Shown: positions 12,457-25,208 of the stretch, in pieces | Position numbering within the stretch: position 1 is the first letter of the stretch | Layout: every line of letters begins with the position of its first letter | Source of the DNA: Dimorphilus gyrociliatus | Lineage: Eukaryota; Animalia; Annelida | DNA: 64,000 nucleotides | NCBI GenBank assembly: GCA_904063045.1 | Contig: CAJFCJ010000011.1 | Coordinates: forward strand, 186,001 to 250,000 | Direction of reading: 5' to 3' | Position numbers and translations under genes: made by a program | The notes under the pieces: model-generated | Told to the model about the DNA's origin: nothing | Seen by the model: only the letters and a program-made list of their open reading frames with translations | Databases searched by the model: none

Positions 12457-13324
12457 ATGGCTGCTCCAAGAAAACTAAATCAACTAGGCCATTTAACTCC
12501 CAACCATTCTTACAATGGCACAAGTAAGAGGTTTTGCCAATACTGATTTGTCTAAATATGAAATTTATGCCTTGCTTTGTGTACTTTTTGCAAAGGATGC
12601 TTATGTATCTATTATCGCTACAATTATTTTAGATGCTGAGGGTCTTATCAGATTTCAAGTGGAGTTAGAATTCGTTCAGTGTTTGGGTAATCCAAATTAC
12701 TTAAACTGTAAGACATTTTTGTTTCAGCCCATGCTTTTCGTTCAAAAGTTGTTTTTTTTATAGTTCTTGCACAAAGAGGATTCTTTAAAGATCAATCATT
12801 TATAAATTACCTGAAGTACCTGATGTACTGGAAAAAACAAGAATATTCCCGGTTTATAGTGTAAGTGAACAAAGTACTTATTTTTGCATGACAAATTAGA
12901 ATCTTACTTGTAAGATTCTAATTGTATAAAGATATTAATTTAATTTTGTAAAATACTTTTGAAATGAAGTTATTTTTAAATTGGAGAACAATAACAATAA
13001 TTCAATTTTATTCTAAATTCTTATATTTTTCCAATAGCTATCCACAATGTCTTCACTTTTTGGAACTTTTACAATATGACAACTTTAGAAAAGAACTAGT
13101 CAATTCACAATGTGCTAAATTTATCGAAGATCAACAGTTATTACAAGTAATTATTGTTTTGCATTAAATATATCATATAAATATATTTAACTGAATTGTT
13201 GGCGTTTTTAAAACAGTGGCAGTATTATCATCGTAAAAGGTCTAAAACAATTGAAGAGTATATGCAAGAAGTGCAGAACGAAAAGAGAAATGAAAGTATG
13301 CCGACCAATAAGATTTTAAAATAG
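12457..13324 (+). CDS. MED31: Mediator subunit 31 (SOH1), multi-exon
   Basis: RFQVELEFVQCLGNPNYLN|FLAQRGFFKDQSFINYLKYLMYWKKQEYSRFI|..YPQCLHFLELLQYDNFRKEL...QQLLQ|WQYYHRKR. ATG 12457 gives the phase-1 junction needed at donor 12524; ATG 12515 from the ORF track does not. Confidence 0.95.
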
Positions 13325-13666
13325 TCTTCCGATGTCTAAATTTCGAGTTTAAACTGTTTCTAAAGTCAAAAAACTAATGTTTTGTTAAGTATTTGAAATT
13401 TTCAAAGAATAAATTGAAAATTATATCAGTGTTTGTTGTTTTTCTTAAATGAATATATTTAATAAATATATATTATAAAATAATTAATAGAGTTTTGCGA
13501 ATGATGTGTATTATATATTTAACTATTATGTTTTATAAAAAATGGATTGCGCAAATTTTACTGGACACTGTATCTAACTCTGAATTAAGTTTCGTTTTAG
13601 AATAGATCACTTAAAATCGTCCTCAAAACGTATCGTTTGATGGATTCCAAGCGTATTTAAAGCAGG

Positions 13667-14765
13667 ATGGATAACTCAAGAAACTCAACAAGGTCATTTT
13701 CTCGACATCTTAATACGGAAGTAGTCTCTAATGATTCAATAAATAGCAGTGACCAATCTGGATTATATCCTTCTTTGGATTTAACCGACTATGAAGTCTC
13801 TCCTTCCAACGAAGTAAAGATAAAGAACAGACGCAGCCATAATTCATCTTGTGTATCTACAGATGGAACTGATATCAACGATGAAAAGACAAGAAAGGAA
13901 CGAAGCCGAAATCCTTCTTGTGTGTCTACTGATAGCAGTAGCAGCAATGATTCGAAACTTCATAGCTTTAAAGGGTAGTTAATATTCTGTTAAGCTTTCT
14001 CTGTTAACGCTTTTATCAACATATACGAAAATTATTATTTTATTTTGCAGTATTAACTTTGGGCATGTCTGCATTGTCATTATTTTACTACTATTATTGC
14101 TAGTGTCGTTCAATTTTGGACTATTAAGTAGAAAACGAACTTTGGTAAAACAAGTCTCCTTAAAAACTGAAATTAAAAATCTCTCGTTGAAATACAAAAA
14201 CCAAGCCGATATTCTGATTATAGGATCATCAATTCGCTCAAATATCGAAAATAATAATCCAACTTATCCATCTATTGTAATTTTATCCTCATCATCTAAA
14301 GCATCGGACACTGCAGATTGTTTAGCAAAAGAAGCTGCGTCAATTTATATAAAGTTAGTCAATGCTGTCGCTGTTGATGAAGAATCAGAAGAATGTGTTC
14401 AAGAACCCGGTGAAATAATGTTAAGCTCAACAATAACTAAAATGGAGTTAGAAAAAAAACTACACACCTTGTCGAGTCAATATTGTGCAGTTGTGCTAAG
14501 AGGAGTACATAACTTGAATGGTGATACTGCCTTGATACTACATGCTTTTATGGACAATGATAACGCTCATTATAAGAAAAAAATGTATGTTTTAACGGTT
14601 GAAACGGATAATTATGAAGAAAATGAAAAGCCTGTAACTGTCATCGAAAATCTACTTCATAAAAAATGGGACCCTGTCATAAATGCTGATAATACAGCAG
14701 CCATTTTAACCCGTATTGCTAATAATGCCTTATTAGTTAAACCTGGCCTCAATGTAACCTGCTAG
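13667..14765 (+). CDS. TOR1AIP: Torsin-1A-interacting protein (LAP1/LULL1)-like type II membrane protein, 2 exons
   Basis: Ser-rich N-terminal exon, then one TM (LGMSALSLFLLLLLLVSFNFGLL), then a luminal AAA-like domain: ADCLAKEAA, AVVLRGVHNL..TALILHAFMDNDNAHYK..YVLTVE, and ILTRIAN at the recalled arginine-finger position. Confidence 0.7.
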
Positions 14766-14846
14766 TAAATAGATATAGAATCATTAAGGCTTTAAATAAA
14801 TTTGAAAAAAATGATAAATTGATTTATAATCATGTTCAATTCTCTA

Positions 14847-17327
14847 CTAAGTCAAAGTTTGACAAGGAGGTGGGAAATTACCAGTTTCATACAATTTCCT
14901 TTGTAAATCCCGTATTTTCTCAGATATTCCATGACTACATCCTAAAATGTTTATATTAGTTTCTTTGTTAAACTTAACGATTTGATCCGCAGACTTTTCA
15001 AATAGATCTTTATTCATATCGCTGTTTTTAAGTGTTTCGCAACTATCTTTATCGCTGAGATGAATATTCCTTTCAACCGATGTAAGTAGGTAACCGCTAT
15101 TTGGTGATGGATGCTAAAATTTAAATGACAAATGAATAATAGATTAAACGCTTTTTCTTATCAAAATATACAATATCTGCTTTTAAGCAACGCATATCAT
15201 CCGAACAGTGAAAACATCCAATGGCTAATCCCCTAGGATCTGGAGCACTCTTTGATATTTCAGGGGGACGGAACACCTTCTCAAAACTTGCAAATTCCGA
15301 GGAGCACTCATTATATATTAATTCACTTTTACGCGGAATTAGAGTAGTATAACGTTTGGCCGGGTCTTGATTAAAATCATAAAAGTTATTGTAACAATCG
15401 CCACAGGTAAGATTCGTTTGATCAGGCTGTGAATTGTTATTTGAATTTCTCTTATTCTCGAAATCTTTGATAACCTGTTGCACATCCCTCTGAGGAGAAG
15501 AATCAATGGTAGTTGTATGTTTAGAGGATTTTTCTTGAATATTTATTGATGGAGAACTATTTAGATGTTGAATATCTTTAAGGATGAAATACGAGAATAA
15601 AAGTATCATCTATATATATATATCTACTAATATATATGTAAATGTATTATTATAGAATATTTATATATTTTACATTCTGGCCTTTCCTCGGATACCGGGG
15701 GGGAGCCTAAAGATAAATTCATATAGGCTTTGGCTAAATCCGAATGATATTCATTTTTCATTATGGATTTTTTCTTATCGGCTATTAAGTGTACTCTTCC
15801 ATCTATGTTATGTTTAATGCTATCCAAGTTTGTTTCGTTTAAGGAGGGACGATTCTCTACCGTATGAACTCTTGATCGAAGACTATAATTGCAATCAGAA
15901 ATAAAGGAACATCTGTTACTTGAGTCCTTCACTGACGGATAATTGATTCTACAAAGGAATTCTTTTATTCCACTTCCACCAAAATTAGATTTGTTTTCCC
16001 CCATATCATTGGATAACGTAAATTGAGCCCCGCGATTATCCTCTGCAAGAACTATGGGATTTGAACTACTATCAGCCAATATATTTTCATTTCTCTTTAC
16101 GTAATTAACGAAATAAATTCATGAAAAAAACAGCAATTTTACTCTTACAAGTTTATTGGTGGATTCTATCGTGAAGCAACAGCAGGGATATTTTTCCCTC
16201 TCTTCTTCATAGCTTTGATGTATACGAGTATTTGTATAATTTTTGAGCTTGCCTGATTCATGACAGCAACTGTCATCTTGTAAATCCGATTTTCTGGCAG
16301 CTTTATTATTCTGTTCAAAGAATTCATTATGATTTATTGCGTAATCATCTTGTCTAACGTGGAGTTGCTCATTTCCTGAATATTTTTTATAAGCAGAAAG
16401 GATAGGAGTAAGAAGACAAAGATATTAATTCATCTTTATTTAAATAGAATCTGTTAAGAATGGCATATTACTCGTGTAATTTCTTAGAAATTTACTCGTA
16501 ATTGATGATTCGTTCCCATTTTTCATCAATGCTGAGTAATGATGTTCATCGACCCACGGACACTTCTTATACGTTACTTCAGGCGATTGTAAACGCTTGT
16601 TAGGATTCTCTGGAATTTGTATACATTTCGATAAGTTCTTTACTCCTTCTATCTGTTTTATCATGCAAGGATCTAAGCAATCTTTGCCACTTTTAGCCTA
16701 CAAAAGTAATATTGAATATGAAAAATATTAATAATTTAAAAAGTTTGTTTCAAAATTTTCCTCCTCTTACATTACTTAATTTCCTATGATTTTGATGTTG
16801 GTTTTTCTGTTCTTCCGGAAGAGTTGTTGGTGAGTTCCGGGTGGAGAGGTAATTGCTCATTTGAATGTGACGGAAAGCAATAATTTGTTTATGAAGTAAC
16901 TCTAGTTGATTTGACAACATATGTGGTAATTTATTCTCTCTAGACCACCTCTTGATACTATTAACGTCTGCCTTAATTACTTTCCTATAATCTCTTTGAG
17001 GTATTAGAACAGTTGCTTAAACATTATAAAGCATATATTAATGATCATATAGTCAGTCTTTAATGAATAACGATATTTACAATGAACGATCTCTTTACTC
17101 TTTTCTTTTACTGATGCTTTGGTTTTTTTATTATTAGATAGACGTAATCCTATAGATGGAGGTCTAACCATTTTCTTTCTGCCCTTAACCGACTCTAAAC
17201 TCATAGATTGCAAACAAACATCCCTAAAACTCTTGACCTTCTCCCTTGGTTTCCGTTTTATTGAATCAGACTTTTTTTTGCCGTCATTTCTATGTTTCTT
17301 TTTCGTTCTAGGTGAATTTTCACTCAT
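14847..17327 (-). CDS. Uncharacterised multi-exon protein (basic N-terminus, low-complexity Ser/Asn-rich, two CxxC near the C-terminus)
   Basis: A chain of minus-strand open frames (17004-17327, ~16780-17000, 16440-16664, 15627-16079, 15121-15609, ~14847-15095) separated by short AT-rich intron-like gaps. No family motif recognised and junctions are not fully resolved. Confidence 0.6.
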
Positions 17328-17783
17328 ATTTATCTCAATTATTTGCTAATCTTTCTCTATATTCCTCTCTTATAGTTTACATGATCGATAAAAACGAATA
17401 TTAAAAGGACTATTCGTAAATAATTCTTTTGGAATTTCAAATTTGAATATTAGCTGATTAATTAAGGATTAATTTATTTAAAAAACATAAAATATACAAT
17501 GACTATTCAGGGTATTATCCTAATCTCTTTGTATTTTTTTTTAAATCTTTATCTTTATTTTAGTTTACTAGGCCTAACGTGCAAATTTTATTTTACTAGA
17601 GACATGTTTAACAAGATAATATTGATTTAGGGAAATTAGAATTTATTATTCAAGTCAATAATTAACATTTCTTCATTTAGAATGAAGATAAATACGGGAG
17701 ATAAGATTTCTTCTCTTTTTTTTCTGATAATACGTATAAAGTCTTATGGGAAATAAGAATAAATAGGTCAAAAAAAGGTATAA

Positions 17784-19215
17784 TTAGCAACAATTACTCC
17801 TTGTTGGACTTTTCTGTCGCGATGACGATGTTGTTTGATTCATATCTAACAGACAAATTATAAATTAATGATATTAAAATGACTTGTTACAAAGAATTAA
17901 CTAACCAACTAGACTAGAGCCGATTTGAATATTAGTCTTATTGTTTATCCATTCGATTTCACTCTGAACTGTTTTATCAAAAGTCAATGCAACTGCTCTA
18001 AAGAAAAACTCTTTAACATTTTCACCAGTATAGGAAGATACTATCCAAAGTTCAGCACCAATTAATTGAGCCATTTTTTTACCTTCCTCTTTCATTAGCG
18101 CAACGTGTTCTTCAGTCTGTTGGATGAATGGAAAATAAGAGAAATTTTAGACACAAAAGTTAACAATTTATAATGATTAATATTGAAAAGAGTTATTGCA
18201 GATAGGGGAAAATAAGACAAGATAAATACTAACAGCTAGATCCTTTTTAGTAATAACTAAGAAAATATTAGGATTTTCGGCAGTTTTTTTCGCCTCATCT
18301 ACCCAAGTTTTAGTATGATTTAGACTTTCCGGATCCATTATATCACAAACAGCAATAATAACTAGAAAATAGTATTATATATATATTTATATATATATAA
18401 AACTTCTTTCATTTAATAAAAGAACAGTCAAGCAGCAAATTTCTTTTCATATTAAAAATTTACTTACTACTTGAACCTCTGTAATAAGATGCTGCAATAC
18501 ATCGAAATCTTTCCTGGCCAGCAGTATCCCATCTAAGATAATAATAAAAAAAACAGCTCTACTTAGTATGATATTGAATATATTATTGAATTTAACTAAC
18601 AATTGAAGATTAAATGGTATAGATAGGACGGAAAATTTTTCCACTTCAAAATCAACTCCTATAGTAGCTTTGTAATCTCTATCGAAGGCGTCGTGACAGA
18701 ATCTATAAAGTAATAAAATGACATACTGATATAAATGGAAGGAGGAAAAAGGTCATAAAATTGTCTATATACCTATTTACCAAACATGTTTTACCCACGG
18801 CAACATCACCGACTAAAACTGCTTTACAAATCTTTAATCTGAAATTTATATTTTGCAAATGATTCGTCTTCCCATGTAGATTTATTATCACAATGATAAA
18901 GAGAAGAAAAATTGCTGCGAGCAATTCTTTTAAGAATAAAGTGATTACCCAACTGTTCCTGATCGATTTTCTGCTGATACAGATTTAACCAAAGGATGAA
19001 AATTAAGCTGATGATAAGGAGATGCTGATGAATCATAGGGCTGTATTACATTGAATCATTGTTAAAAATCTTTTCTTTTACTAGTTTGAATAATTATTTT
19101 ATAATTTTAAGAAAACAAAATCATATTGTCGAAAAAAAAGCAAAATTGTTGTATTAAATCATTTACTTACAGAAGGAAAGTCTGATATTATTCGATCCGT
19201 GTGTACTTTGTGCAT
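17784..19215 (-). CDS. RAB36: Ras-related protein Rab-34/Rab-36, multi-exon
   Basis: MHKVHTDRIISDFPS|PYDSS..NFHPLVKSVSAENRSGTVG|LKICKAVLVGDVAVGKTCLVNR|..DYKATIGVDFEVEKF..|WDTAGQERFRCIAASYYRG; ends SNCC* (prenylation motif). The N-terminal extension is typical of the Rab34/36 subfamily. Confidence 0.9.
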
Positions 19216-20028
19216 GTTCTATTATATATCTTTTAAAGGCTTCTCAAATGAACAGATTATTTCAAGATTGACGGTCTTTATAACGATTTTCTTATTAGTT
19301 AAATTAATGGCTAGTGGTGTCTTTTTAAACCGGATGTTCTTTTTACTCTATAATAAGCAATATCGGAAAACGATTTGAATTGAACTACTCAGAATTATTT
19401 ATCCTTCGCGGCTTTTGTTGGTATTTAATAGCTGCGCACATAATTATAAATATAAACAAACCTCTAATTATTGTCGTGCTACTTTTTTCTAATCTGTATA
19501 TAATTAATATTTGAATATATTAGTATTTCGGTTAGCATAAAATTAACTGCGAAACTAACATTTGGTTCCGACTTTCGTGCGTTTCTTTAATTAATAACGT
19601 ATAAGAAACTCGATGTTTTCTGGTTCTGATTATTATCGTTAGTTAATGAACATATAGTGAGATGGGAAAAGTCAAAAAGTATGTATTAGTTTAATCAAAA
19701 CATTTTATTATTAATTTTTTGATTAAGAAGTAATAATATTTATCCTATTGTTCGAATAGCACGTGCTTTATTTTTTAAAATAATTCAATCTATCGTTGGA
19801 CTATTTAACAATTACTCAGCATAAATTAATAATACATCATTGCATAGTAAAATCTGTATGCATTGATAAACGAAGATATAAATTTTAATTTTGAGGCGCA
19901 ATTAAATAAGTTGTAATGTCAATATTAAAACACCAATTATTTTTTCATCTTAATCACCTTATGTAAAAGGTTCTTAGCAAATATTTTATACAACAATATA
20001 ATTCATTGTATAAAGTATTTGTTTAGAC

Positions 20029-22662
20029 ATGATGTGATATATAGAATGCAAAATGTGGCGTTTTCAGGGGGAAGAAAAAGCCAACTATAAAATATGATGA
20101 AGAGGAGGACACTCATGTTCCTGACGCCAAAAGTAATGAGTACTTTTATGATGATGTCGACAATTTTCATAATGAGAGAAACAAGGTATAATGCACATTA
20201 ATTCTAAATCTGCTAGCTTAGTAACCGAAATAGCCATAATGCATGTTTTATGTTAATATATTGTTGGTTCGTTGGAAATATATAACATAAAGCTTTCCAA
20301 TTAGATTCCTTTGGGTAATGCAGAACCCGCTGAATTTAGTTCATCGGAAGAAGATATTTTAAAAGTTGGTGAGTCAGATTCGGATGATGATGATGAAGAA
20401 ATCGAAGCGTACAAAGCTCAATTAAAAAGAATACGAGCGAAAACATTTAAACAAAAGCACGCTAGTGATTTAGAGGAATCGACCGATGGTAATATAGATT
20501 TTGATTATCTTATGAATATATTATTTTACCGAGACCCATTTGTTAAAAAACGCTTATATTATTTATAAAATTTCTCTGCAGAGGAAGATGACAAAGCCTG
20601 GGGACAGAAGAGAAAAAAGTTTTACGGTGGTGATGTTACTGACGAAGATGACGAAGATGTATCTGAAGATGACGAAGAGGCCACAGCAATACTGGAGGAA
20701 AGGGAAGCTTTATCAATTCAAAAAAAGATAGCGCAAGAAATGGATGAAGATGATTTCGTACCAGAAATTTTCAAAAAGAAAAAAATAAAAACAAAGGATG
20801 ACGATGAAAAAATAAAGAAGGATTTATCTAAAATGACAGAAGTGGAAAAAAGAAGATTATTAGAAGAGGAGGCCCCAGAGCTGTTTGGCCTAGTAGAAGA
20901 ATACAAAAAGAGAATGGAGGAAATCGATACAGTTCTAGTGCATTTGGCTGAATTATTAAAAAAAGGAAAGCTGAAAGATGAGCCAAAGGGCTTCTCCGAA
21001 TACGTAACATATAAGACAAATGTTACTTCAGGCTATTGTATGAACATTTCATTTTATCTGGCTTTGAAAGCTAGGGGAATACCTGTTGAAAATCATCCAG
21101 TTATTGAAAGAATACTAGGCTATAGAAAGGTTTGGTTATAATATATTCTCTTTCAATCTCGTTTTTCTTGTCTATTGTAACGCAACTCTCCTACTAGGGT
21201 GTTTATCAAGAGAGAGAAACATACAAATGTTAATATTATAGAGCCTTTATAAGCTGTACATGATGCTAAAGAGCAATAATAGATGCTAAAATATGCTTAA
21301 AGCAATCAACTACAAACGATAAATAGTATAGAGACGTCTAAAAATAAAAAAGTCTTTTCATTTCAGATTCTAAACAAATTAGCCGATTCCGACAACACGT
21401 TCATAGATTTCCTTCAGGAAACTCTCGAAAATTTAGAAAATAATAGAAATATTGAATTTGCTGATGAAACGCCTCTAGAAATACCAACACTATCAAGAAA
21501 AAAGAGTAAGAGACGAAGGACAGTAATCGAAACTGAGGATCTGGAGGATTACGATCAACCTGAGCCCTCTGGTGGATCGACTAAAAATAGGGTTAGTAAT
21601 GATTTTTTCATTAGAAGGCTATATTTTTTGTTAGCTTAATGAAAAGAATTTTTGTTGTCAGAAACGAAGAATGGGTGAAAAGGCATCTGAAAAGAAAGAA
21701 GAATTAGGCGAAGACGATAAGAGAGCTATAACCTATCAGGTAAGATAATTGGACTCGTTAGTTTTTAGATCTATACTAATTTATTATAAATAATAATTGC
21801 AGATGTCAAAGAATAAGGGATTGACACCTAATCGTAAGAAGATCAATAGAAATCCAAGAGTAAAACTCAGGGAGAAATTCAGAAAGGCCAAAATCAGGAG
21901 AAAGGGAATGGTTAGTATACTAGTACTTACGAAAAAAGAAAAGAATTATTCTAAATATAGTTTTATTCTTTTTCTCCTTCTCTCTCTCGCTCTCTCTTTG
22001 CCTCTCCTTTTTTTTATCATAGTCTTTAAGAAATTAATTTCCCTTTTTCTTTTATTCTTAATTTAATAATTGCGAATACTCTTAATCCAAATCTTATTTA
22101 AAAACATAGTCATAAGATTGAATTAATATTAAATTCTATAGTTAATTATTGTTGGGCGACTATCCAACCTGATGCCTGTAGTTTTATACGTTTATTGACT
22201 TATCCATCAACAGGCCGAGACGAGTAATAAAAGCCTAGGCGTTATTTATATACTGTTTATATCCAGTATATCTATTTATCTCATCTATTCTTATACTGAC
22301 ATTGCTGTAATGACGTATAGTCGGATGTTTCCTCTATGCGCAGTGTATATAGTTATGCTCTTGAAAATTTATATATTTTTAAATACGTTATATAAAAGAA
22401 GAGAGAGAAGACCGAAACACCCAAATTGTTATATATGATTAAGCGCTTTTAGCTTCGTCAGCTGTAAAACTTTAAGCGATCGGTATTTGATATCCGTATC
22501 TACGTTGACCACACATTTCGCAGAAGAGACAATCTAACTCTGCTCACTCGTTTTCTTTTTTTTTTTTTACAGATACGAGAAGTTAGAAAAGAAGTAGATC
22601 GATACGGCGGTGAATTATCTGGTATAAGAGCCGGTGTAAAGAAGAGTGTAAAATTTAAGTGA
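20029..22662 (+). CDS. UTP3: Something about silencing protein 10 / UTP3 (SSU processome), multi-exon
   Basis: EEEAPELFGLVEEYK, GYCMNISFYLALKA..VENHPVIERI, RAITYQ|MSKNKGLTPNRKKINRNPRVKLREKFRKAKIRRKG|IREVRKEVDRYGGELSGIRAGVKKSVKFK* (Sas10 C-terminal domain). The start position is approximate. Confidence 0.93.
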
Positions 22663-22932
22663 CCTGTTTATTTTTGTTGTCCAAAATACCTTTTACTTGA
22701 TTGACTTCGGGCATTTTTAATAAAATAGGAAATTACGAATGTAATTTCAAACCGCAAGGTGGCGTTTGTGTTATTAATGTCTAAGACGATAGAGAGGGAG
22801 TAAAGAGACGGGGGGGGGGAGGAGCTGCCGATTTAAAGCCAGTAGCTTGTGCACACAGACTGCAGTCAGTAGCGCGATGTAATAGAGGAGATATATACTT
22901 CTTTAGTCACTCTTTTTTTTTGTAAATTTGTG

Positions 22933-25173
22933 ATGAGTTCTGTTTCTACTTCCGCTTTTTCATCAAATTCCAAGTCGAAATGCGGTACGTAATTTTACTG
23001 AATTCTTTTTGTCCTTTAAGATATCATGTCTTTCTATTCTCGTTCACTCTGTTAAGTTTATAATCGAAATAATGTTGGAATAATATTTACACTCTAAACT
23101 ACGTTTCCGCAGTTTGAGGTGTTAGTTATTAGCTATCTGAAAGGTTCATTTTGAAATAACAATACAAAATGCAAAATAAAAAAGAATCGATGAAGAGATT
23201 CGGGGAAAAGAATTTTGGAATAGGCGTTACCAGGGGCGTCTATTCGACCGTAGCACCATCTGCTGAAATTAGTAGAATATATATATGTATATATATATAT
23301 CTTCCTCTCTTATTTGAATTTATATTTAGGTACCTTTTTTCCTTCTAATTGACATACAAACCACTCGAAAATGAAATGGAATAAACGCAACGTTTTATTC
23401 ATGACTCCCAATAATTACAAACTACTTTCCGTTTGCGTTGCTATCGACAACGGCTCGGTTGGGTTAATTTACAAACATTTTATACCAAACACGAATTTTT
23501 CTTATTTTTTTTTGGTTGATAAAAGAGAAATTTGATTATAAGAGAAATAACGCGAATTAGGATGACGGCAAATTCGGCATAAACGTCTACTTTACACATT
23601 TTTACAAACTATTACTTGTATTGAGTTTTTGGATCGCATAGTCGTCAAAAGGCCTAAGGAAAAGTTCTATTTTTCTGCACATAAGCCTATAAGCTCTTAA
23701 CTTTTCCTTGTTTATCTAGCCTTTTTCTTTGTAAAAAGAACGAAATGAGTGTAGAAAATTACTGCATTGAGGAACATAACAGCTTATTTGATAACAAAAA
23801 AAAAAGGAAGCTGCATAACAGCGCCGTGCCTAATAAGAATCGGGGGAAAGAAAGAAAGAAAAGAGGCTGTTCAGAGCACGGCAAGCGTCACTATACACGT
23901 TCCGCTTTTATGACCGGTTGAAAGCGTCCTCATTTCATTCTTCTCCCCCTTGTTCTCTATTATTTATTTTATTAAAGTAATAGCCGTAAATGGAATATTT
24001 TGTAGAATATTAGGGATTTTACTTTCTCGTCTATTTCCATTGTCTCATTGCTATAAAATTCATGCGGATCGTTTAGAAAATAATGTTATTGGGTTGGAAA
24101 AATTAAGAGGCCCAAGATTTTTTTTCTTTTTGTCTAGAGCGAGAATTCAATACGGCACGCATGTCGCTTGAACGTGCACTTAGCCGGCTTTTTTTATATT
24201 AAAAAAAACACAGCAGATTTTTAGGGCGAGTTTACGCAGCTGTCACCGAATCGACAGATGGTAGGGTAACGCTTCTAGATATAGATGAAAGGAAGGTGGA
24301 TGGGGTAGAAGGTGTGTATATGTACGCTTTAAAAAGGTGTTTTCTAAATGAGAAAAGGGAGAAAACTGTTTTTCGCTCTTATCTTTCCGCTCTGTAACCT
24401 TTGTTTTCGTTATTTTTATACAAGTTTATTATTAGATTCGGAAGAAAGGAGAAAGAAAACTTTTTCCCGTATTTCAGTTATTGGCTCACGGAGGGACGGG
24501 AGCATGTTTGAATTGGCATCCGCCGGAAGTAGAAGAACAAAATCGAAGGTAATTAAAACAAGTTAATTACCAGACTGAAAAGTATCAAAAAGGATTATCG
24601 ACTTGCAAACTAGATTTTTTTCGGCTATTTTGTCAACTATATCCGCCCGTTATATACATCAGTAATTTTTTAGTAGGCCTATAGTAATTATTCTATAATT
24701 AGAAAATGCATGATTGCCATAATGCTTGTTGACAGCGTAAAGTTAAGCTGAAAATGGAGGAAGATAGAAGATCGAACGAGGAGAGACGGTCAAGATCTGC
24801 TTTTCGACCTGGTTAGCATTTTACTTAAATTATTTAAATAGGCTCCATAGGCCTATCGATTCTTTATTTTCTCTTGTATTAACTGATGGGAAAAAACTCA
24901 CACAAGATTTACGACTTAATAAGTTTTTATGTTATTCCTTGCGGTTTCTCTCCTCTCTTTCTCTTCTTCTCTGACAAATTATCGAAGAAGTATAAAGCGG
25001 AAGGAGGAGACCGAGAAGTATCTATAAAAATGAACTATTATTTAAGCTATATTAGAAAATGAAAACGGGTAATTAAACGTTTTGACCTACTTATCATGAA
25101 CGGGATGACAAACAGTTTGCAAACGAAATATTAGATATTGACAGTAATCTTTCGCATAGAGTGTATACTATAT

Positions 25174-25208
<35 letters not shown>

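Noticed and set aside
12515-12523. ATG 12515 as MED31 start
   Set aside because: Gives a phase-0 donor incompatible with the phase-1 acceptor at ~12632; ATG 12457 fits.
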